Source: a bacterium (GTDB lineage Bacteria > Bacteroidota > Ignavibacteria > UBA10030). From it: DNA of 64,000 nt. The position numbers and the translations under genes were made by a program. The DNA lies in assembly GCA_043803945.1 (NCBI GenBank), contig JAZDJN010000065.1:1-64000 (forward strand). The letters are read 5' to 3'. Under the pieces are notes generated by a model. It searched no databases. It saw only the letters and a list, made by a program, of their open reading frames with translations, and was not told the DNA's origin. Shown here piece by piece: positions 30,152 through 40,150 of the stretch (positions within the stretch are counted from its first letter, which is position 1; each line of letters starts with the position of its first letter).

Positions 30152-30850
30152 TTAGAACGGTACAGTCACTCCCAATTTCAAACCAAACGAGTAAAAATTC
30201 ATTGTTGGCTGCAGTGTACCGTTCGCAGCCGCTAGCTGTGAGCCATCTTGCCTGGAGAAACGGCCAAGAAATTCCCATCGTATATCTAGGCCGATCCTTC
30301 CATAAAAATTTTTATCAATCCGAGTATTTCCAACCGCTTCCAGTTTAAATCCCAGTCCTGTTGCGGTGGCACGATCCTCAAAACCAAAGGCCGTCATGGT
30401 CTGTGTCAATTGAGCGACATGATAACCCACACCTCCCCCAAATTCAAAAAAGTATCCCTCGCCGGGAGTCCAATACCGGACGATGAGACTTGGCATGTGG
30501 ATGCGATAGGTAATATCGCTTCTGGAATATCCATTGCGATCATCGATGAGGTACGATTTGAATCCATGGCTGTACTCGATTGCAAGAATCCACTCCTCGC
30601 TGATCTGCAATTCGGGAGCGATAAAGAGTTCCAACAGCGATGCAAATTCCTGGATCTTTTGTTCAACACGGGGTTGTGCAACCGTATTCAGATAATCTGT
30701 CAGCGATGGAGCGGTGTGCAAGCCAATTCCCATTCCCGCTGCTATCCCCATGAGGCGATTCGAATTCTGCTGAGCATTCACCTGGTGAACACCGCTCTGC
30801 AGCAACAGGGAAGTCCCTACGATGAAGCAATACCATTTGGTTCGAAGCAT
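30152..30850 (-). CDS. Hypothetical small outer-membrane beta-barrel protein
   Basis: Signal peptide, amphipathic strands, terminal Phe. Confidence 0.55.
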   Translation of the reverse strand: MLRTKWYCFIVGTSLLLQSGVHQVNAQQNSNRLMGIAAGMGIGLHTAPSLTDYLNTVAQPRVEQKIQEFASLLELFIAPELQISEEWILAIEYSHGFKSYLIDDRNGYSRSDITYRIHMPSLIVRYWTPGEGYFFEFGGGVGYHVAQLTQTMTAFGFEDRATATGLGFKLEAVGNTRIDKNFYGRIGLDIRWEFLGRFSRQDGSQLAAANGTLQPTMNFYSFGLKLGVTVPF

Positions 30851-30852
30851 CC

Positions 30853-33045
30853 TTACGCCAGCGTAACTGGCACTCCACTCTGCAGCGATTCGATGACTTT
30901 GAAGGTGCTCAGGGTCGTCCTGAATAGGCTCTCCATTGAAATTGGAGATGGAGCACCATTCTCGATGGCCTGGAGAAATGCAAATATTTCATCCCGATGC
31001 CCTTTATCGATAGTCTTCAATTTGAAGTCGCGCCTCTTCCCCTTTTGAAAGAGGCTCAGCACCTGAAAATTTTCGATGATCGCTGAACGGCCGGTCGAAG
31101 AAATTTCGATTCTTTCCTTGGGGAGAGAGGAATCTCCATTCGCCATGTAGCTAATGGTGCCAATGGAGCCATCGGCAAACTTCAGCGTGATTAGAACTGA
31201 GTCATCATCAAGTACTCCTCCCTTTTCCGGAAGAAGGGCTTCTGCAAAAATCTTTATCGGGTATGCCCCGGTGAAAAATTGCATGAGATCAATAAAATGA
31301 CAAACCTCGCCGATAATACGCCCGCCGCCTTCGACAGGATCGCGCGTCCAATGGGTTGAAGGAATGAATCCGGCATTAATTCTATACTGAATCACATAGG
31401 GTCCAACAATATGCTCAAAGAATCGTTTCACCTGGCGCACATGCGGTGCGAACCGTCGATTGAAGCCGACCATGACCAACGGAGCTTGTGGTGTTTGGGA
31501 TGATGAGAGATAAGCATCTTGAATGTGCTTCAACTCCTGCTCATTGAGTGCCAGTGGTTTTTCCACAAAGACATGCTTACCCGCCTTGAGAGCATCGATG
31601 GTATACCGGGCATGGAGGTTATGGCGTGTTGCAATAAACACCGCCTTCACATTCTCATCTTCAATTACAGTTTTCGGATCAGTCGTTGCATACCGGAACC
31701 CGCAGCCCTGTGCCACATTCGTGGCTGTCAGGCCATTCGCGTTGCAAACTCCAATAAGAGATACGCGGGATTTATGCCGGAGATGAGGCAGCAGAGAGGC
31801 CTGCGCGAAGTTTCCTGCTCCAATGAAGCCAATCTTTGTCGCTACCGGAAGACGCTGCATTTGTTCCGGCGGCATCTCGACCTTGTACGATAATTTCTCC
31901 ATCTCGTCGAGAGAAAAATCACCATAATCCAGGATGATACCGACAAAGCGTTCTTTCCTCAACTTGCCCGAAAGAAGTTCATACGCAGATTTTACTTTGG
32001 CTATTTCAAACCGATGCGTTGTTAATTTTTTGAGATCGATCCGGCCGGCAGCAAGGAGGCGCAGGAACTCTTGTAAATTGCGATTCTCCGTCCACCGTAC
32101 ATACCCAATTGGATAGTCATTTCCCATTTCTTCATACGTCGCATCGTACCTCCCGGGACCAATGGAGCGCGAGAGTTTAAATTCCAATTCTTTTAAAAAG
32201 TATGGTGTGCGAGGAATTTCGATAGTGACATCGCCGACGAGCACGACGCGTCCACGGTCGCGGCATAATTCCCCGGCCAACTCCACAGGATCGTTGCTCC
32301 GTGATGCAGCAGTGATTACCACGGCATCCGCTCCGAAGCCTTTTGTGAAGGCTCTCACAATTCCCTTTACATCGTCATTCTTTCGATGGAGGGCAAGATC
32401 AGCACCGCTGGATTTCGCAAGTGAAATCGCATCCTGGTCGAGATCGATGCCGATGACCTGGCAACCGCTTGCTTTGAGAATCTGAACCGTTATCTGCCCC
32501 AGCAATCCAAGGCCAATAACCACGATGCTTTCACCCAATGTCGGGGCGGCCTGACGAACACCCTGGAGCGCAATCGCTCCGAGCGTGGAGTACGCGGCAT
32601 CGTCAAGTGCAACTTCATCGGGGACCTTTGCACACAATTTTCTCGGTACGACAAGAAACTCAGCATGGCTGGCATACCCTGCTCCCGCACAGGCTACATT
32701 ATCGCCGGGGACCAGATCCGATACACCGGGGCCGGCAGCGAGCACAATGCCCGAGACACTATACCCAAGGGCGGAGTAACTCTCCAGCTTCGACTGAACT
32801 CTTTGAACCGTTTTCAGCAATCCGTATTGTTTCACCTGTTCCAGCACTTTCAAGACAAGGTCTGGATTTGCCCTCGCCTTGGACATCAATGAGGATTTTC
32901 GTTTTGTCACCGACGCCTTTTCTGTTCCTGTACTGATAACGGAAAACCGGGTGCGGACGAGAACATGGCCGGATTTTAATGCCGGGATTGGAACATCAAG
33001 CAACTGTATTTCGCCTGATTTATTGTGCTGCGCAACCTGTTTCAT
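30853..33045 (-). CDS. Bi-domain oxidoreductase (Zn-ADH-like + Gfo/Idh/MocA)
   Basis: ISTGTE, LGYS, GLGLLG; then GFIGAGNF, HVFVEKP and GFNRRF. Confidence 0.88.
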   Translation of the reverse strand: MKQVAQHNKSGEIQLLDVPIPALKSGHVLVRTRFSVISTGTEKASVTKRKSSLMSKARANPDLVLKVLEQVKQYGLLKTVQRVQSKLESYSALGYSVSGIVLAAGPGVSDLVPGDNVACAGAGYASHAEFLVVPRKLCAKVPDEVALDDAAYSTLGAIALQGVRQAAPTLGESIVVIGLGLLGQITVQILKASGCQVIGIDLDQDAISLAKSSGADLALHRKNDDVKGIVRAFTKGFGADAVVITAASRSNDPVELAGELCRDRGRVVLVGDVTIEIPRTPYFLKELEFKLSRSIGPGRYDATYEEMGNDYPIGYVRWTENRNLQEFLRLLAAGRIDLKKLTTHRFEIAKVKSAYELLSGKLRKERFVGIILDYGDFSLDEMEKLSYKVEMPPEQMQRLPVATKIGFIGAGNFAQASLLPHLRHKSRVSLIGVCNANGLTATNVAQGCGFRYATTDPKTVIEDENVKAVFIATRHNLHARYTIDALKAGKHVFVEKPLALNEQELKHIQDAYLSSSQTPQAPLVMVGFNRRFAPHVRQVKRFFEHIVGPYVIQYRINAGFIPSTHWTRDPVEGGGRIIGEVCHFIDLMQFFTGAYPIKIFAEALLPEKGGVLDDDSVLITLKFADGSIGTISYMANGDSSLPKERIEISSTGRSAIIENFQVLSLFQKGKRRDFKLKTIDKGHRDEIFAFLQAIENGAPSPISMESLFRTTLSTFKVIESLQSGVPVTLA

Positions 33046-33048
33046 AGT

Positions 33049-34113
33049 TCAAGCTTTCTTATCGTCGTTGGATTCGAAGTTCACTTCTGAAATTTTTAAA
33101 TGGTCTTTGAAGAAATAGTACAATCCGACTGCAGTGGTAACAAGAATTCCGGCTTCGTGGGTGATAATAGAATAACTGATGGCAGTCACATCATTCACCT
33201 GGTACATCTTTACTAAGGCGACCGTGAGAAATGAATGATAGGTACCGAATGCCCCTGGTGAGGGTAGAACCCAGGCGATGGTGGTGATCGTGAGAAGGAT
33301 CACCGATGCCCCAAAGTCTGATTGAAGCCCCGTCAGGGATTCAAATGCGTAGAATGGGACGAATAAACCGAGAGCGTAGAAAATCCATATCAACAAGCTC
33401 AGGAAACTAATTGCAGCGAAATGTTTTCGCAACCGTGCGACGCTGAAACCTGAAAGGAACTTCTCCACAAGTGACTGATACAGTGTTTCGTAGCGCCGGG
33501 GAACGATCATCTTCAGGTGCGTCAACAATTGAAAGAGGGATTCACTTTTGATAAACAGGATGAGAAATAATGCCAGCGCTCCAAATGCGCCGATCAGAAA
33601 GAAGGGGCGCATCGATTCGACATCGGGGAACAGAGATTGGAGGGTGTCGCTGCTCTCGATGAGGAAATTGAGCGTCTGGGGATAGAGAAAAAGTACCACA
33701 CAGAGGCTGAAGAAGAATGTCATCATATCAAGGATCCGCTCGACGATGATTGTCGCGAACGCGGCACTCCTGGAAATCCCCTCCGATTTCCCGATTGCAT
33801 ACGCGCGCACGACCTCGCCTGCCCGGACAAAAATATTATTGACCAGGTACCCGATCATCACCGCGGAGAAGAGGTTCCTTGTTGAAAGTTTCTCTTTCAC
33901 CGGGGAGAGTAAATAGGCCCATCGTACAGCACGCAGCCAGTGACTAATCAGGGTGATCGGCATGAGGAGAATTACCCAGAAATAATTCACCTCAAGCAGC
34001 GATTTTAGCAGATCATCAAATTTCACTCCCCGGAATGCCAGATAGAGGAAGGTGCCTGCGAATGCAAAGCTCAGCGTGGTCTGAAGGATTTTCTTATGTT
34101 GGCTCTTCATCAA
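33049..34113 (-). CDS. Lysylphosphatidylglycerol-synthase-TM / flippase-like protein
   Basis: LRAVRW..LL, RAGEVVR, ERILD and PG.FG.YH motifs. Confidence 0.8.
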   Translation of the reverse strand: MMKSQHKKILQTTLSFAFAGTFLYLAFRGVKFDDLLKSLLEVNYFWVILLMPITLISHWLRAVRWAYLLSPVKEKLSTRNLFSAVMIGYLVNNIFVRAGEVVRAYAIGKSEGISRSAAFATIIVERILDMMTFFFSLCVVLFLYPQTLNFLIESSDTLQSLFPDVESMRPFFLIGAFGALALFLILFIKSESLFQLLTHLKMIVPRRYETLYQSLVEKFLSGFSVARLRKHFAAISFLSLLIWIFYALGLFVPFYAFESLTGLQSDFGASVILLTITTIAWVLPSPGAFGTYHSFLTVALVKMYQVNDVTAISYSIITHEAGILVTTAVGLYYFFKDHLKISEVNFESNDDKKA

Positions 34114-34126
34114 TAAGATCTGTCTG

Positions 34127-34768
34127 CTATCGTAAATCCACCACTTCGGTACCTTGAGGGGGTTTGAAAGAAAATGTACTGGCGCTCAAACCGATGTTTT
34201 GTTTAAGGTCAGCGACCGTGTATGTGGTCTCTGTATCATTTACATCGAGGACAATCACCTTCCGCACCGTCCAGACACCATCCTCCACCCATACCTTCAG
34301 CGATTTGATGAAGGACCGATCGTCCTTGGGGACGAGTTTCAGGGTATACACTTTCTCACGGTTGATCGCCTCAGCACCAAGTAACGTTGCATAAAAATTA
34401 GAGGGAAGATTGAGAAGAAAATTTTCAGGAGAGAGGGAATTCTGATTCTCTTTGTACGTGTCAATCAGCACCTGTTTATTCACCGGGGAATACGACCAGA
34501 CCGTTTTGCCGTCTGTCACGATGGTTTGATGCTCGGACTCGACACGATAGTTATTCGGACGCTTCATCATAAGGACGCCCGAGAAATCCTGTTCAATGTT
34601 CGAGAATCCGAATTTGACATGTTGCTGGAACTTTGCCGTAGCATCCTGCAGAGCATCGTATCGTTTCTGCATACGCTCTGTAATCTGTTTCACTGTTAAA
34701 TCCTTTTCCTGTGCCACGGCCAGAGAAAAGAACAACCATATAAAAAGGAGTCGTTGCATGTTCATCAT
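34127..34768 (-). CDS. lolA: Outer-membrane lipoprotein carrier
   Basis: KRPNNYR, IVTDGKTVW.Y and F.F.PP.G motifs; immediately downstream of ftsK. Confidence 0.85.
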   Translation of the reverse strand: MMNMQRLLFIWLFFSLAVAQEKDLTVKQITERMQKRYDALQDATAKFQQHVKFGFSNIEQDFSGVLMMKRPNNYRVESEHQTIVTDGKTVWSYSPVNKQVLIDTYKENQNSLSPENFLLNLPSNFYATLLGAEAINREKVYTLKLVPKDDRSFIKSLKVWVEDGVWTVRKVIVLDVNDTETTYTVADLKQNIGLSASTFSFKPPQGTEVVDLR

Positions 34769-37209
34769 TCGAGACTAGTCAAGATATCATCCAATTCTGC
34801 TTCCGTTTCAACAAGCACTTCCCTCGCCCTGCTTCCGTCGAAGGGGCCGACGATTCCAACCGCTTCCAATTCATCGACCAGCCGAGCTGCACGGGAGTAA
34901 CCAACCTTCAATCTCCGCTGCAAGAGTGAGACCGATCCTTGTTGATGCCGTACGATAATTTTGGCAGCCTCTGCAAACAGATCATCACGCGACCCTCCAG
35001 AGGCGGCCCCAGCAGCTTTCTTCTTTTCAAAAGCGGAAGGAAGCGTGAAAGGATTTGAATATCCCTGTTGCTTGGCAATATGGTTTGTGATGCGTTCAAC
35101 TTCATCAGAAGAGATGAAGGCATTCTGCATGCGGATCGGTTTGGGCGTACCCGATGGCAGGTAAAGCAGATCGCCGTTGCCAAGAAGTTGATCCGCGCCA
35201 TTCATATCGAGGATTGTGCGTGAGTCAATTTTCGATGAGACCTGATAGGCGATCCGTGCAGAGAAATTCGCTTTAATCAGGCCGGTAATAACATCGACCG
35301 ATGGTCGCTGTGTTGCGAGAACCAGATGGATGCCGACCGCGCGTGCCAATTGGGCCAGGCGTGCAATCGGTTCCTCGACTTCGCGTGCAGCGGTAATCAT
35401 TAAGTCGGCAAGCTCATCGATCACGACAACCAGATAGGGAAGTTTTCTATGCTTGATAGTCTCGGTATCGTGCAGGCGTCCGCTTTTCACGCGCTCATTG
35501 TAGTCGGCAATATTGCGTACACCAGCCGCTGCCAGACGATCATAGCGCTTCTCCATCTCAATCTCGACACTCTTAAGAACAAGAACAGCATTATTCGGTG
35601 TCGTGATAATCTCTTCATCGATATCCGGTGAAACGGCGAGGTAATGTTTACGCAGTTTCCCATAGAGCGAGAGTTCAATCTTTTTCGGATCGATGATTAT
35701 AAATTTTACTTCACTGGGATGAAGACGATAGATCAGGCTTGTAATAATTGTATTGATGCCGACACTCTTTCCCGATCCTGTTGCACCGGCAATCAGGAGA
35801 TGCGGCATTTTCGCGAGATCGTCGATGTACACTTCGCCGGAGATGGTTTTCCCAAGTGCCAGCGGAAGGGTACCCTTGAAGTCCCGGTACTTCGATGAAT
35901 TAATCACACTCCGAAACGTCACGATGGCAGGATTATGATTGGGAATTTCGACACCCACCGTGCCTTTTCCCGGTATCGGCGCGATGATCCGTATCCCTTT
36001 CGCTTTTAAAGCGAGAGCGATATCATCCTGAAGACTTTCAATCCGGCTGATTTTAACCCCCGTTGCCGGTACAATTTCATAGAGAGTCACAACGGGACCC
36101 GGTGTCACCGAAACGCTTTCGATGTCAACACCGAAATCGGCAAGCTTTGAACGGAGCAGCTCGGCGTTCGATTTCAATTCCTCCTCATCCACCTCTTCAC
36201 TGGCGCGGGCAGGATCGAGAAGTTCGACTGAGGGAAACACATAATCGATCTCCTCCTCAACATCAGCAGAAACCTGTTTCTTGGTTAGCCGATCTGATTC
36301 ATCAAAATCCACTTCCTCTTCAACGACAGGTGCATTGATATCGAGTGGAATTTCGCCTGTAAAATCCTTCTTTGCCTGTCCGGATAGCATCTCGCTGGGG
36401 GGAGAAATTTTTTCTTCTTCCACGGCTGGTACGGTGCGCTGGATCGGTTTCCGGGCTGTCATGGTGGGTGGCGGCATATCTGTATCCGGATTTTTTATCT
36501 CAACAGGCCGGGGTGATTTCGCTCGTTGAGCAACGGGTTTCTCCTCTTCCGAACGCTGGCTCTTTATCCACTCGATCAGTGCTTTAAACCAGTCTTGCAG
36601 CCGATCTGCTGTTTGCTGAATATCGAGATCCACGAGTAAGGTGAGTATCGCTCCGAGAAATCCAAAGACAAGAAGAAAACTTCCGGTGAGGCCGATCAAT
36701 TTGGTCAGAGATTGCGCCGCAAATTCACCGACAACTCCACTCCACTCATCCGAGAGAACCGGTGTATCACCAAGCCGCATGATACATCCCATCAGTGCTG
36801 AAAACAGGAGAGCCAGAGCGACGATGTAGTTTGTCGCCAGGATAAGTTTATGGAGTTCTTTCTTCCGCAAAATATACCAACACCAGGCACCGATCAGGAA
36901 CGGAAGAATGATCACCGAATAACCGATCGTGGAATTAATAAACCAGTTGGAGAGTACTGCACCAAGGAGGCCGAGGAGATTTTCTGTTCGATCCGCTTTC
37001 GCTTGAATGGCATCATCGGCGGTAAAGACCTTCCACAGATCAGAAAATCGCACCTGTCCGTTTTCCTGATCTGCGGGAGTATAGGACACAAGGCTCAGGA
37101 ACAACATTAAGGAGAAAAGAATCCCCAGGAAGCAAGCAATCTGCCGATTCCGATCCGGATTCGTCTTCGATTTCTCTTTTTGCTTTTGTTCTTTTTTTAC
37201 TTCAGCCAT
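34765..37209 (-). CDS. ftsK: DNA translocase FtsK
   Basis: 4TM N-domain, PHLLIAGATGSGKS, DELADLM, ATQRPSVDV and a C-terminal gamma domain. Confidence 0.95.
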   Translation of the reverse strand: MAEVKKEQKQKEKSKTNPDRNRQIACFLGILFSLMLFLSLVSYTPADQENGQVRFSDLWKVFTADDAIQAKADRTENLLGLLGAVLSNWFINSTIGYSVIILPFLIGAWCWYILRKKELHKLILATNYIVALALLFSALMGCIMRLGDTPVLSDEWSGVVGEFAAQSLTKLIGLTGSFLLVFGFLGAILTLLVDLDIQQTADRLQDWFKALIEWIKSQRSEEEKPVAQRAKSPRPVEIKNPDTDMPPPTMTARKPIQRTVPAVEEEKISPPSEMLSGQAKKDFTGEIPLDINAPVVEEEVDFDESDRLTKKQVSADVEEEIDYVFPSVELLDPARASEEVDEEELKSNAELLRSKLADFGVDIESVSVTPGPVVTLYEIVPATGVKISRIESLQDDIALALKAKGIRIIAPIPGKGTVGVEIPNHNPAIVTFRSVINSSKYRDFKGTLPLALGKTISGEVYIDDLAKMPHLLIAGATGSGKSVGINTIITSLIYRLHPSEVKFIIIDPKKIELSLYGKLRKHYLAVSPDIDEEIITTPNNAVLVLKSVEIEMEKRYDRLAAAGVRNIADYNERVKSGRLHDTETIKHRKLPYLVVVIDELADLMITAAREVEEPIARLAQLARAVGIHLVLATQRPSVDVITGLIKANFSARIAYQVSSKIDSRTILDMNGADQLLGNGDLLYLPSGTPKPIRMQNAFISSDEVERITNHIAKQQGYSNPFTLPSAFEKKKAAGAASGGSRDDLFAEAAKIIVRHQQGSVSLLQRRLKVGYSRAARLVDELEAVGIVGPFDGSRAREVLVETEAELDDILTSLE

Positions 37210-37210
37210 A

Positions 37211-37975
37211 TCATTGATTGTCTTTGACTGTCTCTTTTGAATCCGGACGCAACTTGATAACATTGCCGACCTGCATGGGGACAACTGGAACGCTATCCAC
37301 TGTCCCACACACCTTTATGTCGTCGGCAAAACCAATTTCTGCCAGATAGTGTCCATGTTCCGTGTTCCTCATCATCTTCAATATTGACCGTTTATAGGTC
37401 TTAAATAAGGCATGGGCTGCAAGCGCAGCATCTGACAGCTCGAGTTCGAGCGAGACGTCATCGAGCAGCGAGTGAATCAACATTCCTGCACATACTGCAT
37501 CTTCGAGACTGAAATTACTAAACGTATTCGCCCGGCCCGCAGCAACAATTATAAAATCGGAACGAACTTCCTTCATATACTCAATCACTTTCGTTGCATT
37601 GACGAACGAGGCGATCACAAGGCCCCGCGCGAACCGGCCGCGATACATTGCTACGGAACCGTTCGTGGTGCAGAAGATGATCGACTTTCCCTTGACCATC
37701 GTCTCAGAATACTCTTGCGGCGAGTTGCCGAGATTAAATCCCTGAATTATCTTGCCGTTCCGTTCGCCGCCGCGCAGTGTCACATCGCCGAAAAGACTTC
37801 CCGATATCTTCACGGCATTCTCAATGCTTTCTACCGGAATAATCTCCCGTGCACCATTCTGCAGGGCTACAGCGATTGTAGTACTCGACCTTAGAACATC
37901 GATGACGATGACATTCTTGTCACGGAGCTGCAGCTCGTCCAGCCCAGCCGTAGAAAAGCATAAATCAATTTTCAT
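37211..37975 (-). CDS. comB: 2-phosphosulfolactate phosphatase family
   Basis: IDVLRSSTTI, GER.G, LGNSP and TTNGS motifs. Confidence 0.88.
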   Translation of the reverse strand: MKIDLCFSTAGLDELQLRDKNVIVIDVLRSSTTIAVALQNGAREIIPVESIENAVKISGSLFGDVTLRGGERNGKIIQGFNLGNSPQEYSETMVKGKSIIFCTTNGSVAMYRGRFARGLVIASFVNATKVIEYMKEVRSDFIIVAAGRANTFSNFSLEDAVCAGMLIHSLLDDVSLELELSDAALAAHALFKTYKRSILKMMRNTEHGHYLAEIGFADDIKVCGTVDSVPVVPMQVGNVIKLRPDSKETVKDNQ

Positions 37976-38043
37976 GATCCCCCCGAATTGCCTGTTATCC
38001 TTTATATAACTCCTACTCAGTTAAAAAAAACTAAATCAACATT

Positions 38044-38177
38044 CACCACTGATGGCACACTGATAATCACTGAAAAAAGGAAGTAGTATGAAAGCTTGTA
38101 TTAAGAAATTACAAATATAATTATCCTCCATGTTCACCCCGTTGCACGGGGTAAATCGGTGTGTCATCCGTGGAGAA
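38044..38177. repeat. Inverted pair of CCAC(G/T)GATGGCACAC-type repeats
   Basis: CCACTGATGGCACACTGAT ... ATCGGTGTGTCATCCGTGG; related arms at 7478-7509 and 40020-40133. Confidence 0.7.
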
Positions 38178-38189
38178 CATTCTGAGCAA

Positions 38190-39275
38190 CTACCCCTTTT
38201 TTAGGAATGGCAATTTGATAATAGTTGCCGGAATTTCTTTTCCCCTTACGGCCACGTTGATGATCGATCCCTCCGCGGCACAGTCAATGCGTACGTATCC
38301 CATCCCGATTCCTTTTTCAAGCGATGGAGAGAATGTACCGCTGGTCACCACGCCAATCTCCTGGCCTTGTAGTGTAATTGGATAACCATGACGAGCAATT
38401 ACTTTGTCCGGCAGTGTGAATCCCACAAGCTTCCGCTTGATCCCTTCGGATTTTACTCGTTGCAGCACGTCGCTGCCAAAAAATGTTCCTTTGTTCAATT
38501 TTGTTATCCAACCCAATCCTGCTTCGAGAGGATGTGTTGTCTTATCGATATCATTTCCATAGAGGCACATCCCCATCTCGAGGCGAAGCGTATCGCGGGC
38601 TCCAAGCCCGATAGGTGCAATACCAAATTCCTTACCGGCAGCAAAAACTGCATCCCACACTTTTTTCCCGTTAGCCAGATCAGCATCGAAATACAGCTCA
38701 AAGCCGAGCTCACCGGTATAACCCGTACGGGAAATGATCATTTCGATTCCTTCTATGACTCCATGTGTGAAATGGTAATATTTGATCTTCGAGAGATCGA
38801 CGTTGGTCAACTTTTGAAGAGTTGCCAAAGATTTTGGCCCTTGAATCGCGAGCAAAGCGATCGTGTCGCTGATGTTCCGCAACTCCACATCGCCTTCAAT
38901 GTGGGATTGGAGCCAGTCAAAATCCTTCTGGCAATTCGAAGCGTTGACCACCATCATATACTGATCGCCGCGATGGTAGACGAGCAGATCGTCAACGATA
39001 CCTGCGTCAGCGTAGCAGAGAGCAGAATACTGCACCCGTCCTTCTGTGAGTTTGGAAGCATCGTTGATCGTCATCTTCTGGATAAAAGCAAGAGCATCCT
39101 TACCCCGAATTTCGAATTCACCCATGTGGGTCACATCAAAAACACCAACGCTCGTTCGGACTTTTAAATGCTCAGCAATAATTCCGGAGTACTGAACCGG
39201 CATCTCAAATCCGGCAAACTCCACAATCTTTGCGCCAAGTGATCGATGAATCTCAGTAAAAGGTGTTTGTTTCAT
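38190..39275 (-). CDS. gcvT: Glycine cleavage system T protein
   Basis: FDVTHMG, SRTGYTGE.GFE and GLGARDTLRLE motifs. Confidence 0.95.
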   Translation of the reverse strand: MKQTPFTEIHRSLGAKIVEFAGFEMPVQYSGIIAEHLKVRTSVGVFDVTHMGEFEIRGKDALAFIQKMTINDASKLTEGRVQYSALCYADAGIVDDLLVYHRGDQYMMVVNASNCQKDFDWLQSHIEGDVELRNISDTIALLAIQGPKSLATLQKLTNVDLSKIKYYHFTHGVIEGIEMIISRTGYTGELGFELYFDADLANGKKVWDAVFAAGKEFGIAPIGLGARDTLRLEMGMCLYGNDIDKTTHPLEAGLGWITKLNKGTFFGSDVLQRVKSEGIKRKLVGFTLPDKVIARHGYPITLQGQEIGVVTSGTFSPSLEKGIGMGYVRIDCAAEGSIINVAVRGKEIPATIIKLPFLKKG

Positions 39276-39325
39276 AGTAGGTTCCGCAGTTTTAAGTTCA
39301 CATCAATGCCGGCATCGAGCGTCTC

Positions 39326-39973
39326 TTAATTCCCCTGCATCTTCTTCCAATCCGCCAGAAACCGCTCCAGGCCGGCGTCCGTTAATGGATGTTTACTCAA
39401 TTGTTCTATGACCTTGAAAGGAATTGTACAGACATCCGCACCGATCATCGCCGCTTCCACCACATGCATTGGGTGGCGAATGCTGGCTACCAACACCTCG
39501 GTCTTGAATTGATAATTCCGATAGATGGTGACAATTTGCCGGATCAGATCCATTCCATTCTGACCGATATCATCCAACCGGCCGATGAAGGGGCTAATGA
39601 ACGTCGCTCCCGCTTTTGCAGCGAGGAGAGCCTGCGCTGGTGAGAAGCAGAGCGTGACATTCGTATGGATTCCTTCCTGAGTCAATGCCTTCACCGCTTT
39701 TAATCCCTCTTTGATCAACGGTACTTTGATCACAATATTTTTATGGATTGCTGTCAGGTCATGGGCTTCGTTCATGATACCGGCGAACTCCATTGAAATC
39801 ACTTCGGCGCTGATCGGCCCATCGACAATCGAACAAATCTCTTCCAGCAATGCCCGGAACTCTTTTCCCTCTTTAGCAACGAGGCTCGGATTTGTGGTAA
39901 CGCCATCGAGTATTCCCATGCTCGCCGCCTCGCGAATTTCACTGATGTTAGCACTGTCGATGAAGAATTTCAT
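39326..39973 (-). CDS. tal: Transaldolase (TalC/FSA family)
   Basis: GVTTNPS; SAEV Glu and FISPF Phe are transaldolase-type residues. Confidence 0.85.
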   Translation of the reverse strand: MKFFIDSANISEIREAASMGILDGVTTNPSLVAKEGKEFRALLEEICSIVDGPISAEVISMEFAGIMNEAHDLTAIHKNIVIKVPLIKEGLKAVKALTQEGIHTNVTLCFSPAQALLAAKAGATFISPFIGRLDDIGQNGMDLIRQIVTIYRNYQFKTEVLVASIRHPMHVVEAAMIGADVCTIPFKVIEQLSKHPLTDAGLERFLADWKKMQGN

Positions 39974-40019
39974 GCTTCACTTCCTTTTGAAAAAGATTGG
40001 ATGCCATTGCTCAAAAAAC

Positions 40020-40133
40020 TCCACGGATGGTACACCGAGGGACACTGAAAAATATTTTCTCTATTATTTTTCCAAGTAAACATACACACGATTTACTTTT
40101 ATCAGTGAATATCTGTATGCCATCAGTGGTTAA
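40020..40133. repeat. Inverted pair of CCACGGATGGTACAC-type repeats
   Basis: CTCCACGGATGGTACACCGAGGGACACTGA ... TCAGTGAATATCTGTATGCCATCAGTGG. Confidence 0.7.
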
Positions 40134-40150
40134 AGAATAACGAGTCGATA

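Noticed and set aside
38388-39167. Long antisense ORFs (also 18413-19168, 30410-31048)
   Set aside because: They are shadows of well-supported genes on the opposite strand and carry no motifs.
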